The notes beneath the pieces are model-generated. The model was not told the DNA's origin. It was given only the letters and a program-made list of their open reading frames with translations, and ran no database searches. Positions 29,553-43,056 of a stretch of DNA of 64,000 bases are shown piece by piece. The stretch lies in the IMG/VR virus record IMGVR_UViG_2579778842_000003. One strand, 5' to 3'. Both the position numbers and the translations under genes were made by a program. The DNA comes from a virus. Its lineage: Duplodnaviria; Heunggongvirae; Uroviricota; Caudoviricetes. The first letter of the stretch is position 1. Each line of letters begins with the position of its first letter.

Positions 29553-30339
29553 AATCGCTTTCCACTTCTTCCGTGGTGTTTTCTTGCAGTTCTGTTAATG
29601 CAGCACGACATAGGTTCCGGGCATTGGCTATAGCCACACTTTTGACTTCATCCGTCATCGTGCAGGTAATGTACTGATCGAGTTCTTCAGCGCGGATGAT
29701 GCTTTTGCCAATCAGAAACTGTATTTGCCAGAGCAGATCGGCATCCATAATCAGAATTTCTGCCGGGCCTTCAGGGCCAGCCGGGAAGGAAACATAAGAC
29801 TGTTTGCCCAGGCCGATAACTCGACAACTTGCTTCAAGAATTGCGCGCTTGAGGTCTGACTTTGTAACTGAAACAGGTTGATTTTCACCTGCGATTACGC
29901 CGTTGACATGGATGTGGAAGGGCATGTAGCTTGAAATTCGCTCTACTTTCCATACGCCAGCAAGCGATCCTTCATGCAGCACAATGGGGGTAACCGCGAG
30001 TTTCATCTCACCATATAACTGCTGGCAGATGGCTGGATTGCTGAATACATCCAAAGGTTCACACTCAAACAGCGGCGCAATCTGCATGAGGTCCATCATG
30101 GTCATACCAGGGGTACGAGCAGTAATGAATCTGCGCATGCCAGTATCCATTGTGCGCCAGATAGCTACACCATGCTTTTTGCTCACTTCTTCAGTAAAGC
30201 CAAGCTGGCACATGATGGTTTTTTCGATAGCCAGATCAGAGATAGAAACCTTTTCGCCAGGTACACCATCATTATTGATGGTCACTTCGACACTCTGGCC
30301 ATTACGCAGGCGGTATTGAATTGCTTTAGTATTTTCCAC
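29551..30339 (-). CDS. Hypothetical protein
   Basis: 262 aa; second gene of a two-gene minus-strand operon downstream of ssb. Confidence 0.55.
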   Translation of the reverse strand: MENTKAIQYRLRNGQSVEVTINNDGVPGEKVSISDLAIEKTIMCQLGFTEEVSKKHGVAIWRTMDTGMRRFITARTPGMTMMDLMQIAPLFECEPLDVFSNPAICQQLYGEMKLAVTPIVLHEGSLAGVWKVERISSYMPFHIHVNGVIAGENQPVSVTKSDLKRAILEASCRVIGLGKQSYVSFPAGPEGPAEILIMDADLLWQIQFLIGKSIIRAEELDQYITCTMTDEVKSVAIANARNLCRAALTELQENTTEEVESD

Positions 30340-30345
30340 GTTAAA

Positions 30346-31023
30346 TCACTCCACTACAAACCAGTCACATGCCAGTAAGTCGCATACAGAAGGCACCCAC
30401 GGAACAACTACACCTTGTGCATTTTTTAAGGCGAAATAAGCACCATACGGAACGAGGTCGCCGGGGAAATATCCCTTAATGGCTTCCATTCGTGCCGGGT
30501 ACTGTCCTTCAGGAACCAGCCAGCAGAATTGGTTTTCGCCGTTCCACCCGCGTCGAGCAACTTTCTTGCCATCCTTCAGCCACATCAGCGCGTCAGAAAA
30601 GTCGGCTGCTTCAAGGTCGATTTCTTCTTGTGTGGTAATGATGCCACTGGCAGCAATAGTTACGTCCCTGGCTGTAATGAATGCCACCCCATTGTGACCT
30701 TCAATACTGAGCGATACCCCATTTTCGAAGAAGTCGTTAGTCCGACTAAAGCCTTCTTCAAATGTTTTTTCTGGTGAATAGGACAGAGATCCGTCCTCAT
30801 AAGCGACCAGATATCCGCCAATTTCTGGTCGGTGTTTTTGCAAAAACATTTTATCAACATGGACTTTTACCCCTTCTGGCTCAACGACTTCGATGTTGCA
30901 AAAAAGGACCACATCCATTAGGGCGATAATTTCGATATCTTTGATTTTTGAGGCGCAAACTGTTTTATGGCTTTTGTATTTTGGAAGTGCCGTCAAAAGC
31001 TCTTTCGTTGTCATGTTATTCAT
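30346..31023 (-). CDS. Hypothetical protein with C-terminal DUF2829-like (Tad2-like) motif
   Basis: Start taken at MNNMTTKELL with an AGGA RBS (track ORF extends to 31143). The C-terminus FSDALMWLKDGKKVARRGWNGENQF...VPWVP resembles the DUF2829 signature as I recall it. Confidence 0.55.
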   Translation of the reverse strand: MNNMTTKELLTALPKYKSHKTVCASKIKDIEIIALMDVVLFCNIEVVEPEGVKVHVDKMFLQKHRPEIGGYLVAYEDGSLSYSPEKTFEEGFSRTNDFFENGVSLSIEGHNGVAFITARDVTIAASGIITTQEEIDLEAADFSDALMWLKDGKKVARRGWNGENQFCWLVPEGQYPARMEAIKGYFPGDLVPYGAYFALKNAQGVVVPWVPSVCDLLACDWFVVE

Positions 31024-31220
31024 AGTCTTTCCTCTGCTTAAAACCTGATGTATTGCGCCTTCAGGTGGGTCAGGAATGTTTTCCCACCAGCGAAAGCAAT
31101 ATCTCGGGGTGTTCTTTTCGTGAAAAGCGCGTGCCATTGCCAACTTTGGCGTTTTTTAGCGAGTTCGTGCTTTTGTTGGCGTTTGGACCACCGCTTTTCT
31201 TTCAGTCGTTTTTTACACAT

Positions 31221-31709
31221 TCAAAACGGAATATCGTCGTCAAAGTCCATTGGAGGTTCGTTATTGGCGTTGCTCTGAGGTTTACCGCCACCGCTGTATT
31301 GCTGGTGGTTTTGAGGTTGGTTTGATTGCCCCCAGCCATTTGAGGACTGTGAATCGTCACGGCGAGCGCCGATCATTTGCATGGTGCCGCCCTGGCTGAC
31401 GATAATTTCCGTCGTGTAACGTTCTACACCGGCGTCATCTGTCCACTTACGGGTTTTAAGTTTCCCTTCGATGTAGACCTGAGAACCTTTTCGTAAATAC
31501 TCACTCGCAATTTCAGCAAGTTTTCCGAACAAAACGACTTTATGCCATTCTGTTTGCTCTTTCTGTTGGCCCGTTTGCTTGTCGCGCCATGATTCATTCG
31601 TTGCGATGCTGAGTCTTCCGACCGCGCCGCCATTTGGTATATACCTGATCTCCGGGTCTTGCCCCAGGGTACCAATCAGGATGACTTTGTTTACACCGCG
31701 TTGTGCCAC
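31221..31709 (-). CDS. ssb: Single-stranded DNA-binding protein
   Basis: 162 aa; OB-fold SSB N-terminus, Gly/Gln-rich linker and acidic tail DFDDDIPF. Confidence 0.9.
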   Translation of the reverse strand: MAQRGVNKVILIGTLGQDPEIRYIPNGGAVGRLSIATNESWRDKQTGQQKEQTEWHKVVLFGKLAEIASEYLRKGSQVYIEGKLKTRKWTDDAGVERYTTEIIVSQGGTMQMIGARRDDSQSSNGWGQSNQPQNHQQYSGGGKPQSNANNEPPMDFDDDIPF

Positions 31710-31728
31710 TTATCTTACCTAATAAAAT

Positions 31729-31745
31729 AAATTAATTAGAGCAAT
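31729..31745 (-). promoter_or_regulatory. C1 operator upstream of ssb
   Basis: aaattaattagagcaat, 15/17 to the operator consensus. Confidence 0.55.
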
Positions 31746-31877
31746 AATGTATATCTTTGAAACGTAGCTAACAAGTGATTTGCATTATCCTGTGTCTTCT
31801 AAAGGGATCGAGTCAGTCGGTATTGGCTGTGAATGGGTGTTTGTCCTGGAGCGTAAAAATTCGCTTATGAGGTCTTT

Positions 31878-32435
31878 ATGAAGGGAAAAACAGCCGCAGG
31901 AGGCGGTGCAATTTGCGCTATCGCGGTGATGATTACCATCGTGATGGGTAATGGCAATGTGCGAACCAACCAGGCGGGGCTTGAGCTTATCGGAAACGCT
32001 GAAGGTTGCCGACGTGACCCATACATGTGCCCGGCGGGTGTATGGACTGACGGGATTGGTAATACACACGGGGTAACGCCAGGCGTGCGAAAAACCGACC
32101 AGCAAATCGCCGCTGATTGGGAAAAGAATATCCTGATCGCTGAACGCTGTATTAATCAGCACTTCCGGGGCAAAGACATGCCCGATAATGCCTTCAGTGC
32201 AATGACAAGCGCGGCATTCAATATGGGATGCAATAGCTTACGGACCTACTACAGCAAAGCGCGAGGCATGCGAGTAGAAACGTCCATCCACAAGTGGGCG
32301 CAGAAAGGGGAATGGGTGAATATGTGTAACCATCTCCCTGATTTCGTGAACAGTAACGGCGTGCCCCTGCGAGGTTTAAAGATTCGCCGTGAAAAAGAAC
32401 GCCAGCTTTGCCTGACGGGACTGGTCAATGAATAA
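31878..32435 (+). CDS. lyz: Endolysin (T4-lysozyme-like with N-terminal SAR/TM segment)
   Basis: 185 aa; hydrophobic N-terminus AGGGAICAIAVMITIVM followed by lysozyme-like GNAEGCRRDPYMCPAGVWTDGIGNTHG. Confidence 0.8.
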   Translation: MKGKTAAGGGAICAIAVMITIVMGNGNVRTNQAGLELIGNAEGCRRDPYMCPAGVWTDGIGNTHGVTPGVRKTDQQIAADWEKNILIAERCINQHFRGKDMPDNAFSAMTSAAFNMGCNSLRTYYSKARGMRVETSIHKWAQKGEWVNMCNHLPDFVNSNGVPLRGLKIRREKERQLCLTGLVNE

Positions 32436-32682
32436 ACTCCGGCAGCTCCGCCGACTTTCGACAATGAAGTTATCGCTGGCGGCGATAGTTTTTGACTCGA
32501 TTTTCATGGCGGTATATGTGCTCAATGAGACGTGGCCACTGGAACCGCTATTGTATGCCGGGCTTCGGCTGTGCCTGACATTTTTGAGCATGGCTGCAAG
32601 ATTGATGCAGCAGAAAGAAACCGCTTCAGATTGCCCACGTCGCGCGGTGCGCAAATATATGGCACGCAGACGAAGGCGATAA
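32428..32682 (+). CDS. Small membrane protein overlapping the lyz stop
   Basis: 84 aa, TM segment, Arg-rich C-terminus; followed by a terminator. Confidence 0.4.
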   Translation: MNKLRQLRRLSTMKLSLAAIVFDSIFMAVYVLNETWPLEPLLYAGLRLCLTFLSMAARLMQQKETASDCPRRAVRKYMARRRRR

Positions 32683-32693
32683 TAGTTAACGAT

Positions 32694-32721
32694 AACCCCG
32701 GCAGCCGCCGGGGTTATTTTT
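32694..32721. terminator. Bidirectional intrinsic terminator
   Basis: aaccccggc-agcc-gccggggtt plus a T-run, between convergent genes. Confidence 0.7.
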
Positions 32722-32726
32722 GATGG

Positions 32727-35457
<2,731 letters not shown>

Positions 35458-35523
35458 TTAATTAGAATAATTCGCATCGTGTTTGAACGGAATTTAACAC
35501 TAGTCACTTGTTAAGGATTACCA

Positions 35524-38500
35524 ATGAACAAGCTATCTATTGGGGTGTTTCGCTGTTCAAGTGTCAGCGAAATATTGAAATACATTAGGGCAATAACATC
35601 TCACCGAGCGCCGATTAAATACGGCGTGGAAAAGGTGGAAGGCAAAAGCTATGACCGACTGCGCCGGGAGGCGAATCAGAAGGCGATAGATTTGCTTAAT
35701 TCACTGGTGGACAGCGCGACACTGACAGATGAACAGCGCCAGATCCTGGCTGGGTACACCGGTGAAGGCGGCATTGGCGGGTCCGTCTCCGAATATTACA
35801 CACCAAAGCCGATCGCTGAAGGTGTCTGGGAGATCATGAAGCTCTACGGCGCGGACGTAGGTAACACTCTGGAACCATCGGCGGGCACCGGCGTTTTTAA
35901 TGAGACAAAACCGGTTGGTACGGTGATGACTGCGACTGAGATCAGCAGTGTTTCCGGTCGTATAAACCAGTTGTTACACCCGGAAGACAGCGTACAGATT
36001 TCCCCGTTCGAACAGCTGGCTATAAGCACACCTAACGATTCATTCGACCATGTTGTGGGTAACGTTCCGTTCGGCGGTCGTGATAACACACGCAACATCG
36101 ATAAGCCTTACGCAGAAGAAACGGACATGGGTTCTTACTTCATGCTCCGCATGCTGGACAAGATAAAGCCAGGCGGATTCATGTGCGTGATTGTGCCGCC
36201 GTCCATTGTTTCAGGTTCAAACATGAAGCGGTTACGCCTGCGCCTATCACGGAAAGCAGAATTTCTTGGTGCCCACCGCTTGCCTACCGGTACTTTTGAC
36301 GCAAACGGGACCAGTACGGTCGTAGATGTGGTGCTGATGCGCAAACATCCGGCAGAGATGGCTGAGAAAATCCCCCTGGTGGATGAAAGCACTCTTGAAT
36401 CAGCAAATGTGCTTTGGCCAACGTTTATTTCTGGCAAGTGGTTTGAAAAGGATGGCCGCCGGTTTGTTCATGGCACCCAAGAAAAGGGCTTCCGGGGGCG
36501 TATTGAGGTTCGTGCCGACGGTCAGATTGATAACCAGGCTCTTAAAGCGAAGCTGATTCATCGTTTCGAAAGCCGTATCGACTGGTCTTTGCTCGATATG
36601 GCTGAACCGTCACCGACCGCAGACGTTGTTGGTGAAGGGGAAATGCGCCTGATTAATGGCGTATGGCAAAAATATGCTGGTGGTCGCTGGATTGAAGCTG
36701 ATGCCGGGAAGGAACTTAAGATCGATGCTGCCAGTTATGGCGCGGATAGCTGGGAGGCTCTTCAGCGTAACCTGACTACAACAGAAGGCCGTCTCGGTAT
36801 GACATTTACCCAGATGGCAAATGTCCGCGATAAGTACACCACATCAATCAGCGACGATATGGTGCAGCTGGTGGACTGGATTAACAGCCAGCCTGAAAAA
36901 TACCGTGAACGCTTGTATCGCGGGGCGATGATTGGCCGGATGTTAATTGAATATCAGGATATGAAGGCCGCCGGGCATAGTGCTGAACAAATCGAACAGC
37001 AGCGCCTTTCTCTGGTATCCCGTTTGCAGGCAGAGATTGACCGTTTTGGTAACCCCGGTCGCGGTCCGATAGCGAAATTATCGGGGAGCGGTGCGCGCGC
37101 CTGGTTTGCTTTCCGTGGTGCAATTAAGCTGGATGGCACTATTTCTGACGAGCTGACAGGAAAACTGGTTACGCATGATTCCAGCGCCAGTTATGACTCC
37201 ACCAGCTATCAGGACACCCTGCGTTATCTCTACAGTGATCTCACTCGCGATCCAATCCAGCTCGATGATTTCCGCCTTGCGTTTACCGGCGAACTGCCAG
37301 CCAGTGATGATGAGTTGCTTAATTTATTGGCCAGCACCCCTGGCATTGCGGTTTCACCGTATGGCGGGATTGTTCCGTTCGCCCGCGCCACCAGCGGCGA
37401 CATTAACGAGATAGTGGCTCCAAAACAGGAATTCCTCGCCACGCTCCCCGACGGTCCAGTAAAGAACAACGTCCTTAATCAGCTGGCAGCGATCGAAGAG
37501 AAGCGCATCAAGACGCCAGCAGAGAATATCCGCTTTAAGCTCAATAGCCGTTGGTTCGACCGTTCCGTCATTCTGGAGTTTTTGCAGGAAAACGGCTATC
37601 CGGATCTGCGCTATGTGCAGTCAGTGCAGCTGGAAGGCGACGAAATGGTTTCTGACACCTATCACGGTGGTGATGGCCTGTTCGTCGGGCACCGATACGG
37701 TGTCGTCCAGCGCAAGGATAAAGAAACAGGCGAGATCCGCTACGAGTGGGACCGTAAATCAGGAGAAAACGCGACCGGGTTCCCGGCACAGCTGGAAAAG
37801 TATCTCAATGGTGCGCGTATCGGTGGCAAAGATAGCGCGACGGCGAACGGCTATCGTGAGCAGATGGCACTGCTTGAGGACCAGTTCAATAAGTGGATCA
37901 AGACGCACGATCGCTACGATGAGCTGGTTGCCAAATACAACGATGTGTTCAATAGCAATATCCCGTATGAACACTCTGGCGATCCGCTTGGGTTGAAGGG
38001 ATTAAGCGGTAAGCGCCAGCCATTTGATTACCAGAATAGCGAGGTGCGCCGACTGTCCGAAGATGGGCGCGGCATCCTGGGCTTCGGTACCGGGCTGGGT
38101 AAAACCACGACCGCGCTGGCGCTTGAGACGTTCAACTATGAGAACGGTCGCTCCACCCGTACTGCTTATGTAGTGCCTAAATCAGTGCTGGAAAACTGGT
38201 ATTACGAAGCAAAAGAATTCCTGAGTGAAGAGGCATTCAGTAACTACCTGTTCGTCGGTCTTGATGTGCTGATGGATGGCGATCAGATTCGCCAGGTGCC
38301 GGTGCTCGATGAGAACGGTAAACCTGTTCTTGGTACTGATGGCACTCCAGTTATGCGCGATGCTCTTAAGCTGGCAGATGAAGCCACTATCACAGCGCGG
38401 ATGAACGCGATCCCGCACTCAAACTACCGTGCAGTCGTGTTTACCAAAGAACAATACGCCCGCATTCCGCTACGTGATGACACCGTAGATGAGCATGCAC

Positions 38501-41500
38501 AAGACATGCTTTATGACTTCGTTGCCGCCGGGCGCGTAGCCAGCGCAATGGATTCCGACTCCCATCGTAAAGAGGCGGCGCGTCGCTGGGTATTGTCGGA
38601 GTATTCAGATACCGGTACCGAAAAAGCAGAGAAGTATCCGTACTTTGAGGATATGGGCTTCGATAGTGTGATCGCCGACGAAGGTCACAACTACCGCAAT
38701 AGCTATAAAAATGGTCGCGAAGCGTCACAACTGGCCTATCTGCCCACCAGCGCGGTGGCGCAATCGGCGCGGGATATGGCAATCAAAAACGCGTACCTGA
38801 TGAAAAAGAATGGCGGGCGCGGGCCGGTTCTCCTGACTGCAACGCCAGTCGTTAACACCCCGATCGATGCATACAACATGCTTTCTCATGTTCTGCCGAA
38901 GGAATACTGGCAGAAGATGGGGATCTACGGTCCTGATGACTTCGTTAAATTCTTCGGCAAGACCAGGCTGGAAACGGTACAGAAAATCAGCGGTGAAGTT
39001 GAAGAAAAAATGGCGCTGGTGGGCTTTGAAAACCTTGATGCGCTGCGCGGTATATTCCATCGCTGGGTAACGCTTAAAACGGCGGAAGACGTTAAGGATA
39101 CCGTGGAGATCCCGGAACTGGACGAACACCAGCAGGATGCACCACTTACTGAAGAACAACTGGCGGCGTATGAAGAATTGCGTCAGCAGGCGGAAGCGGC
39201 GGCCAAAGCCAACAATGGTGTAACGACCTCGGTCAATGAAGACGGCGTGATTGAGCACGAGAAAGCCCGTCCGATCTTCTCAATAATCAGGGATATGGAC
39301 CGCGTATGTACTGACATGGACCTGTACTATCGCCGGATCACCTATCGTTTCCTGCCGGAGTACGCCGATGCGGTGCAGCAGCTGGCGGACAGTTTGCCTA
39401 AACAAGCCACCAGCGAAGACGACGACAGTGATGATTCAATCACGCAGCAATCGCAATACTCCCTGATAGATAAGGGCGAGTTTATTCAGTTGCAGGTTCC
39501 GGAAGCGTTCGAGCAGGAAGTGAATAAGCGCCTGGCCAGGTTTGGCATTGACGAACAGACCGTAACTCACCCCGTTACGCCGAAATACGCGAAGCTGATC
39601 GCCACGCTGAAGGAGTTTTTCCCGGAAGGGAAGCAAATCATCTTCACCGACGAAAAAACGCAGCACCAGAAGCTCAAGCGCATTATCTGCAATGCTCTTA
39701 ACCTTGAACCTTCAAAGGTAGGGATCCTGAATGCTCAGACTGTTGCCGAGGCAGGTAAAACCGGTAAGAAACTGAAAGCGGTTAAACCGCCGAAAGAGTT
39801 ACCGGATGAACCAACAGATGCACAGATAGCGAAATACAACGAGCAAATGGCTCTGTATGACGCCTATATCGCGCAGCAAAATGAAATGTCGTTGGGCGGT
39901 CTGGAAAAGATTGCAGCCGACTTCCAGGAGGGCCGGACTCCGATCATCATCTGCAACAAAAAGGCAGAGGTGGGTATCAACCTGCATCGAGGAACGACTG
40001 ACATCCATCATCTGACGTTGCCATGGACACCAGCCAGTATCGCACAGCGTAACGGTCGCGGTGCTCGAGTTGGCTCCAACCGTGCAAGCGTTCGCGTTCA
40101 CTACTACTGCGGCAAGGGGTCTTTCGATGAATACCGATTGAAGACGCTGAAGCGTAAAGCAGGCTGGATCTCCGATATCCTCCGTTCAGATAAGTCGGAA
40201 ATGGAGAACGCCGACGCCAATGACATGATCGAAATGCAGATGTATACCGCGAAGGATGACGGCGAACGTCTGGCAATGATGCAGGTTCAAATGGATAAGG
40301 CGAAAGCTGCGAAACGCGCTCGCCAGAAAGAACAGGCTACTATCGACCTTCAGAATTACATCAAGGCGCAGCACGCAGCTGGCGAGGATGTGGAGGTACT
40401 TACCGCTGAATTAGAGCGAAGCAAAGCGGAACTTGAAAAGACCACCGCCGAGGTAGCTAAATTCAAACAGGCGGTAATGGCCAAAGCAGCTGATAACGCA
40501 GACTGGAAAGCCCGCTGGGGTAGCGTCCATCACACAGACCGTACGTTGTTAGCACAGTATCGCGCGTCGTTGAAAAGCGCCATTCAGCGCAAGGCTAATA
40601 TCTCTCAGGCCATCTCCCGCTATGAGAAATTATTGAACCGTACTCAGAAGGCCGCGACGGATATCAAACGCCTGCGCCCGCTGGTGGAGGATGCAATAAA
40701 TAAAGGCATTCTGGATGTTGATCCTGATCTGGTTAACCATGCGAATGAGTTCCTTGTTATCGGCGATCGCTCATGGCGTGTAGGCCAATACTACGATTGT
40801 GCCGGTGATATCGTTCGCATTAAGTCGCTGGACTTCGACAGCCAGCGCGCAGACGTGGAGATCATCTTTACCTTAAGAGGCACCAAATCGGGTAACTGGG
40901 ATGTGAAGACGCTGGATAAACAGGTGGATGTAACTCCCGATGAAGATGCTGTTATGCAGAAAATCAGTGGTGGCGTCTCCATCGCCGGGATTAACGACAT
41001 CATTTCCTGTGACGATTTCTACCGTTTCCAGCAGCGCGGCATGATCAAAATCACTGACTCGTACGGCGTTCAGACTACAGAGTCAGGCTATAGCATTGAT
41101 TTTGTTGGTACCTATACGGACCCACTGAAGCATGCGGTTTACCCGGATCGCCGTGACGGCGCGCTGAAGTCGTCAATTGCAAAATGGGTGCTTGGTATGA
41201 TGTCGGAAGGGAATAACCGCCAGATCCGTTCGGCAGAAACATTCCTGGTTGAATTGTTTGGCTCCAATTATGGCGATGTAATCGCGTCATACGGAGATAC
41301 GCTATCCCCTGAAGCAATTCAGGAGAAAATAGCGGATGCGATCGCCAGAATGCCGGAAAAAACAAGCCAGGGGTCTACTCGTAACGGGGATTCTGAACTT
41401 GAAGTCACCAATGCCATTTTCGGTACCAATGAGTTCCGGGCGTCAGATTATGAGATCACCACAGCACAGTTTGGCACCATTGGCATTTACAGCAATAAAG

Positions 41501-42291
41501 ACGAGATCAAGCAGGCAATGGACGCAGCAAGTGCGCGCATTGCAGCAGAACGGAAAGCCAATCTGAATCATGCAGTCGCCGCGCTGACTCAATCGTGGGT
41601 AACAGCAATCAGGGAGGCCGCCACCACAGGAAAAATCACACCGGCAATTGCGGATGTCGTAAACGACGGCTCTAAATTTATGGATGCCTATAAAATGGAT
41701 GCGGTGCAGTTGCCATCAGTCTATGGCCAACTCAGCTATCGCATGACCTACAACCTGGTATCAATGTTTACTGACCTTGCCATCCTTGGGCTGGTGGACC
41801 TTAACGAGGTTACGCCGGAATTACTCAGCATGCGCAAGAATCATGTTGAGATATTGCAGAGAATTAACACGGTTCTTGCCGGGCGCACCGATGAAGAGAA
41901 ACAGGCCGACGCTGATCGGATAAACCTGGCCCTAGGCAACATCACGGAGGAAGAAATTGCCGCCAGAAACGAGAAACAAGAAGAGTTATCATCAATACAG
42001 GGTGATGCCACCAGCATAGCTCAGTCTCTTGGGCTGAATTATCGCGTATCCACCGCCGACCTGAAGATGATGTACGCACCAAAATTCGCCGCTGGCGAGG
42101 TATTTGGGCTTCAGGAAGCCTCCGGCATGAAAGGGGTTCTTTTCCGTGCGAAAGACGCAATCAAGGCGAAATTCGGCGCTCGCTGGTTGCCAGCGAAGGC
42201 GAAGAACAGCGATTTCCCGGGTAACTGGTGGATTATCGAGACAAAACACAACGTGGCGGACGTTCTGGCCGTCATCCAACAATACGCATAA
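35524..42291 (+). CDS. darB: DarB, giant virion anti-restriction protein (N6-adenine methyltransferase plus SF2 helicase domains)
   Basis: 2255 aa, the size of P1 DarB; methyltransferase motif GNVPFGG; helicase Walker A LGFGTGLGKTTT and DEGH box VIADEGHNY. Confidence 0.9.
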   Translation: MNKLSIGVFRCSSVSEILKYIRAITSHRAPIKYGVEKVEGKSYDRLRREANQKAIDLLNSLVDSATLTDEQRQILAGYTGEGGIGGSVSEYYTPKPIAEGVWEIMKLYGADVGNTLEPSAGTGVFNETKPVGTVMTATEISSVSGRINQLLHPEDSVQISPFEQLAISTPNDSFDHVVGNVPFGGRDNTRNIDKPYAEETDMGSYFMLRMLDKIKPGGFMCVIVPPSIVSGSNMKRLRLRLSRKAEFLGAHRLPTGTFDANGTSTVVDVVLMRKHPAEMAEKIPLVDESTLESANVLWPTFISGKWFEKDGRRFVHGTQEKGFRGRIEVRADGQIDNQALKAKLIHRFESRIDWSLLDMAEPSPTADVVGEGEMRLINGVWQKYAGGRWIEADAGKELKIDAASYGADSWEALQRNLTTTEGRLGMTFTQMANVRDKYTTSISDDMVQLVDWINSQPEKYRERLYRGAMIGRMLIEYQDMKAAGHSAEQIEQQRLSLVSRLQAEIDRFGNPGRGPIAKLSGSGARAWFAFRGAIKLDGTISDELTGKLVTHDSSASYDSTSYQDTLRYLYSDLTRDPIQLDDFRLAFTGELPASDDELLNLLASTPGIAVSPYGGIVPFARATSGDINEIVAPKQEFLATLPDGPVKNNVLNQLAAIEEKRIKTPAENIRFKLNSRWFDRSVILEFLQENGYPDLRYVQSVQLEGDEMVSDTYHGGDGLFVGHRYGVVQRKDKETGEIRYEWDRKSGENATGFPAQLEKYLNGARIGGKDSATANGYREQMALLEDQFNKWIKTHDRYDELVAKYNDVFNSNIPYEHSGDPLGLKGLSGKRQPFDYQNSEVRRLSEDGRGILGFGTGLGKTTTALALETFNYENGRSTRTAYVVPKSVLENWYYEAKEFLSEEAFSNYLFVGLDVLMDGDQIRQVPVLDENGKPVLGTDGTPVMRDALKLADEATITARMNAIPHSNYRAVVFTKEQYARIPLRDDTVDEHAQDMLYDFVAAGRVASAMDSDSHRKEAARRWVLSEYSDTGTEKAEKYPYFEDMGFDSVIADEGHNYRNSYKNGREASQLAYLPTSAVAQSARDMAIKNAYLMKKNGGRGPVLLTATPVVNTPIDAYNMLSHVLPKEYWQKMGIYGPDDFVKFFGKTRLETVQKISGEVEEKMALVGFENLDALRGIFHRWVTLKTAEDVKDTVEIPELDEHQQDAPLTEEQLAAYEELRQQAEAAAKANNGVTTSVNEDGVIEHEKARPIFSIIRDMDRVCTDMDLYYRRITYRFLPEYADAVQQLADSLPKQATSEDDDSDDSITQQSQYSLIDKGEFIQLQVPEAFEQEVNKRLARFGIDEQTVTHPVTPKYAKLIATLKEFFPEGKQIIFTDEKTQHQKLKRIICNALNLEPSKVGILNAQTVAEAGKTGKKLKAVKPPKELPDEPTDAQIAKYNEQMALYDAYIAQQNEMSLGGLEKIAADFQEGRTPIIICNKKAEVGINLHRGTTDIHHLTLPWTPASIAQRNGRGARVGSNRASVRVHYYCGKGSFDEYRLKTLKRKAGWISDILRSDKSEMENADANDMIEMQMYTAKDDGERLAMMQVQMDKAKAAKRARQKEQATIDLQNYIKAQHAAGEDVEVLTAELERSKAELEKTTAEVAKFKQAVMAKAADNADWKARWGSVHHTDRTLLAQYRASLKSAIQRKANISQAISRYEKLLNRTQKAATDIKRLRPLVEDAINKGILDVDPDLVNHANEFLVIGDRSWRVGQYYDCAGDIVRIKSLDFDSQRADVEIIFTLRGTKSGNWDVKTLDKQVDVTPDEDAVMQKISGGVSIAGINDIISCDDFYRFQQRGMIKITDSYGVQTTESGYSIDFVGTYTDPLKHAVYPDRRDGALKSSIAKWVLGMMSEGNNRQIRSAETFLVELFGSNYGDVIASYGDTLSPEAIQEKIADAIARMPEKTSQGSTRNGDSELEVTNAIFGTNEFRASDYEITTAQFGTIGIYSNKDEIKQAMDAASARIAAERKANLNHAVAALTQSWVTAIREAATTGKITPAIADVVNDGSKFMDAYKMDAVQLPSVYGQLSYRMTYNLVSMFTDLAILGLVDLNEVTPELLSMRKNHVEILQRINTVLAGRTDEEKQADADRINLALGNITEEEIAARNEKQEELSSIQGDATSIAQSLGLNYRVSTADLKMMYAPKFAAGEVFGLQEASGMKGVLFRAKDAIKAKFGARWLPAKAKNSDFPGNWWIIETKHNVADVLAVIQQYA

Positions 42292-42324
42292 CAGGAGCGC
42301 CCGGTTCGCCGGGCGTCGCATAAT

Positions 42325-42765
42325 ATGGCCACATTATCTGATACAATAAAACCGAATAAAACATATCTTGAGGCGGTGCTGCGTACGGCGTTGTTAGGAA
42401 AGACAGAAGACGAATACGTTGATTTCTTCCTGTCAGGGCTACGCGGGCGATTACTGAAAAATCCCCGCCTGTACCGCAGTTATGGCCCATACTGGCCGGA
42501 AATTAAAAAATTATTACTGGAGCGCGGTTATGGTAATTTCGGTCGTCTCGTTGACCGTGACGTTCGCAAAATTTACCGTTATGACCGCCCGGCGCTGACA
42601 CTCATAGCCGCGACGCTCTACAGCCAGGAGCGTTTTGATAATGGTCAGATATACTCAGCCTGGCATTTACTGCCAGTGCCTGAAGAAGTTGACGACCAGG
42701 ACTATGAGTTTGAGTCTTACGATTTGGAAGTTGAAGCCTTGGCACAGGCTGGAGAGAAAACTTGA
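42325..42765 (+). CDS. ulx: Ulx
   Basis: 146 aa upstream of and overlapping lxc; synteny. Confidence 0.6.
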   Translation: MATLSDTIKPNKTYLEAVLRTALLGKTEDEYVDFFLSGLRGRLLKNPRLYRSYGPYWPEIKKLLLERGYGNFGRLVDRDVRKIYRYDRPALTLIAATLYSQERFDNGQIYSAWHLLPVPEEVDDQDYEFESYDLEVEALAQAGEKT

Positions 42766-43010
42766 AAAAGCGATACTACACAGTAAAGCATGGGACGCTA
42801 CGAGCATTACAAGAGTTTGCTGACAAGCATAACGTTGAGGTGCGCAGGGAAGGGGGAAGTAAAGCTCTGCGTATGTACCGTCCGGATGGGAAATGGCGTA
42901 CGGTCGTCGATTTCAAAACTAACAGCGTTCCCCAGGGCGTCCGTGACCGGGCATTCGAAGAATGGGAGCAGATCATCATAGATAACGCATTGCTCCTGAA
43001 TGCTGATTAA
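42762..43010 (+). CDS. lxc: Lxc (modulator of C1 repression)
   Basis: 82 aa; position downstream of darB-ulx. Confidence 0.6.
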   Translation: MKKRYYTVKHGTLRALQEFADKHNVEVRREGGSKALRMYRPDGKWRTVVDFKTNSVPQGVRDRAFEEWEQIIIDNALLLNAD

Positions 43011-43011
43011 T

Positions 43012-43046
43012 TTATCGGGCAGTTTTATCTGCCCGATAAATTTTTA
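43012..43046. terminator. Bidirectional intrinsic terminator at the cargo boundary
   Basis: ttatcgggcag-tttt-atctgcccgataa followed by a T-run; separates lxc from the convergent SIR2 gene. Confidence 0.7.
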
Positions 43047-43056
43047 TCGACCACAA

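Noticed and set aside
42297-42315. GC hairpin gcgcccggttcgccgggcg right after the darB stop, considered as a terminator
   Set aside because: No following U-run and ulx starts 10 nt later; more likely a structured intercistronic element than an intrinsic terminator.
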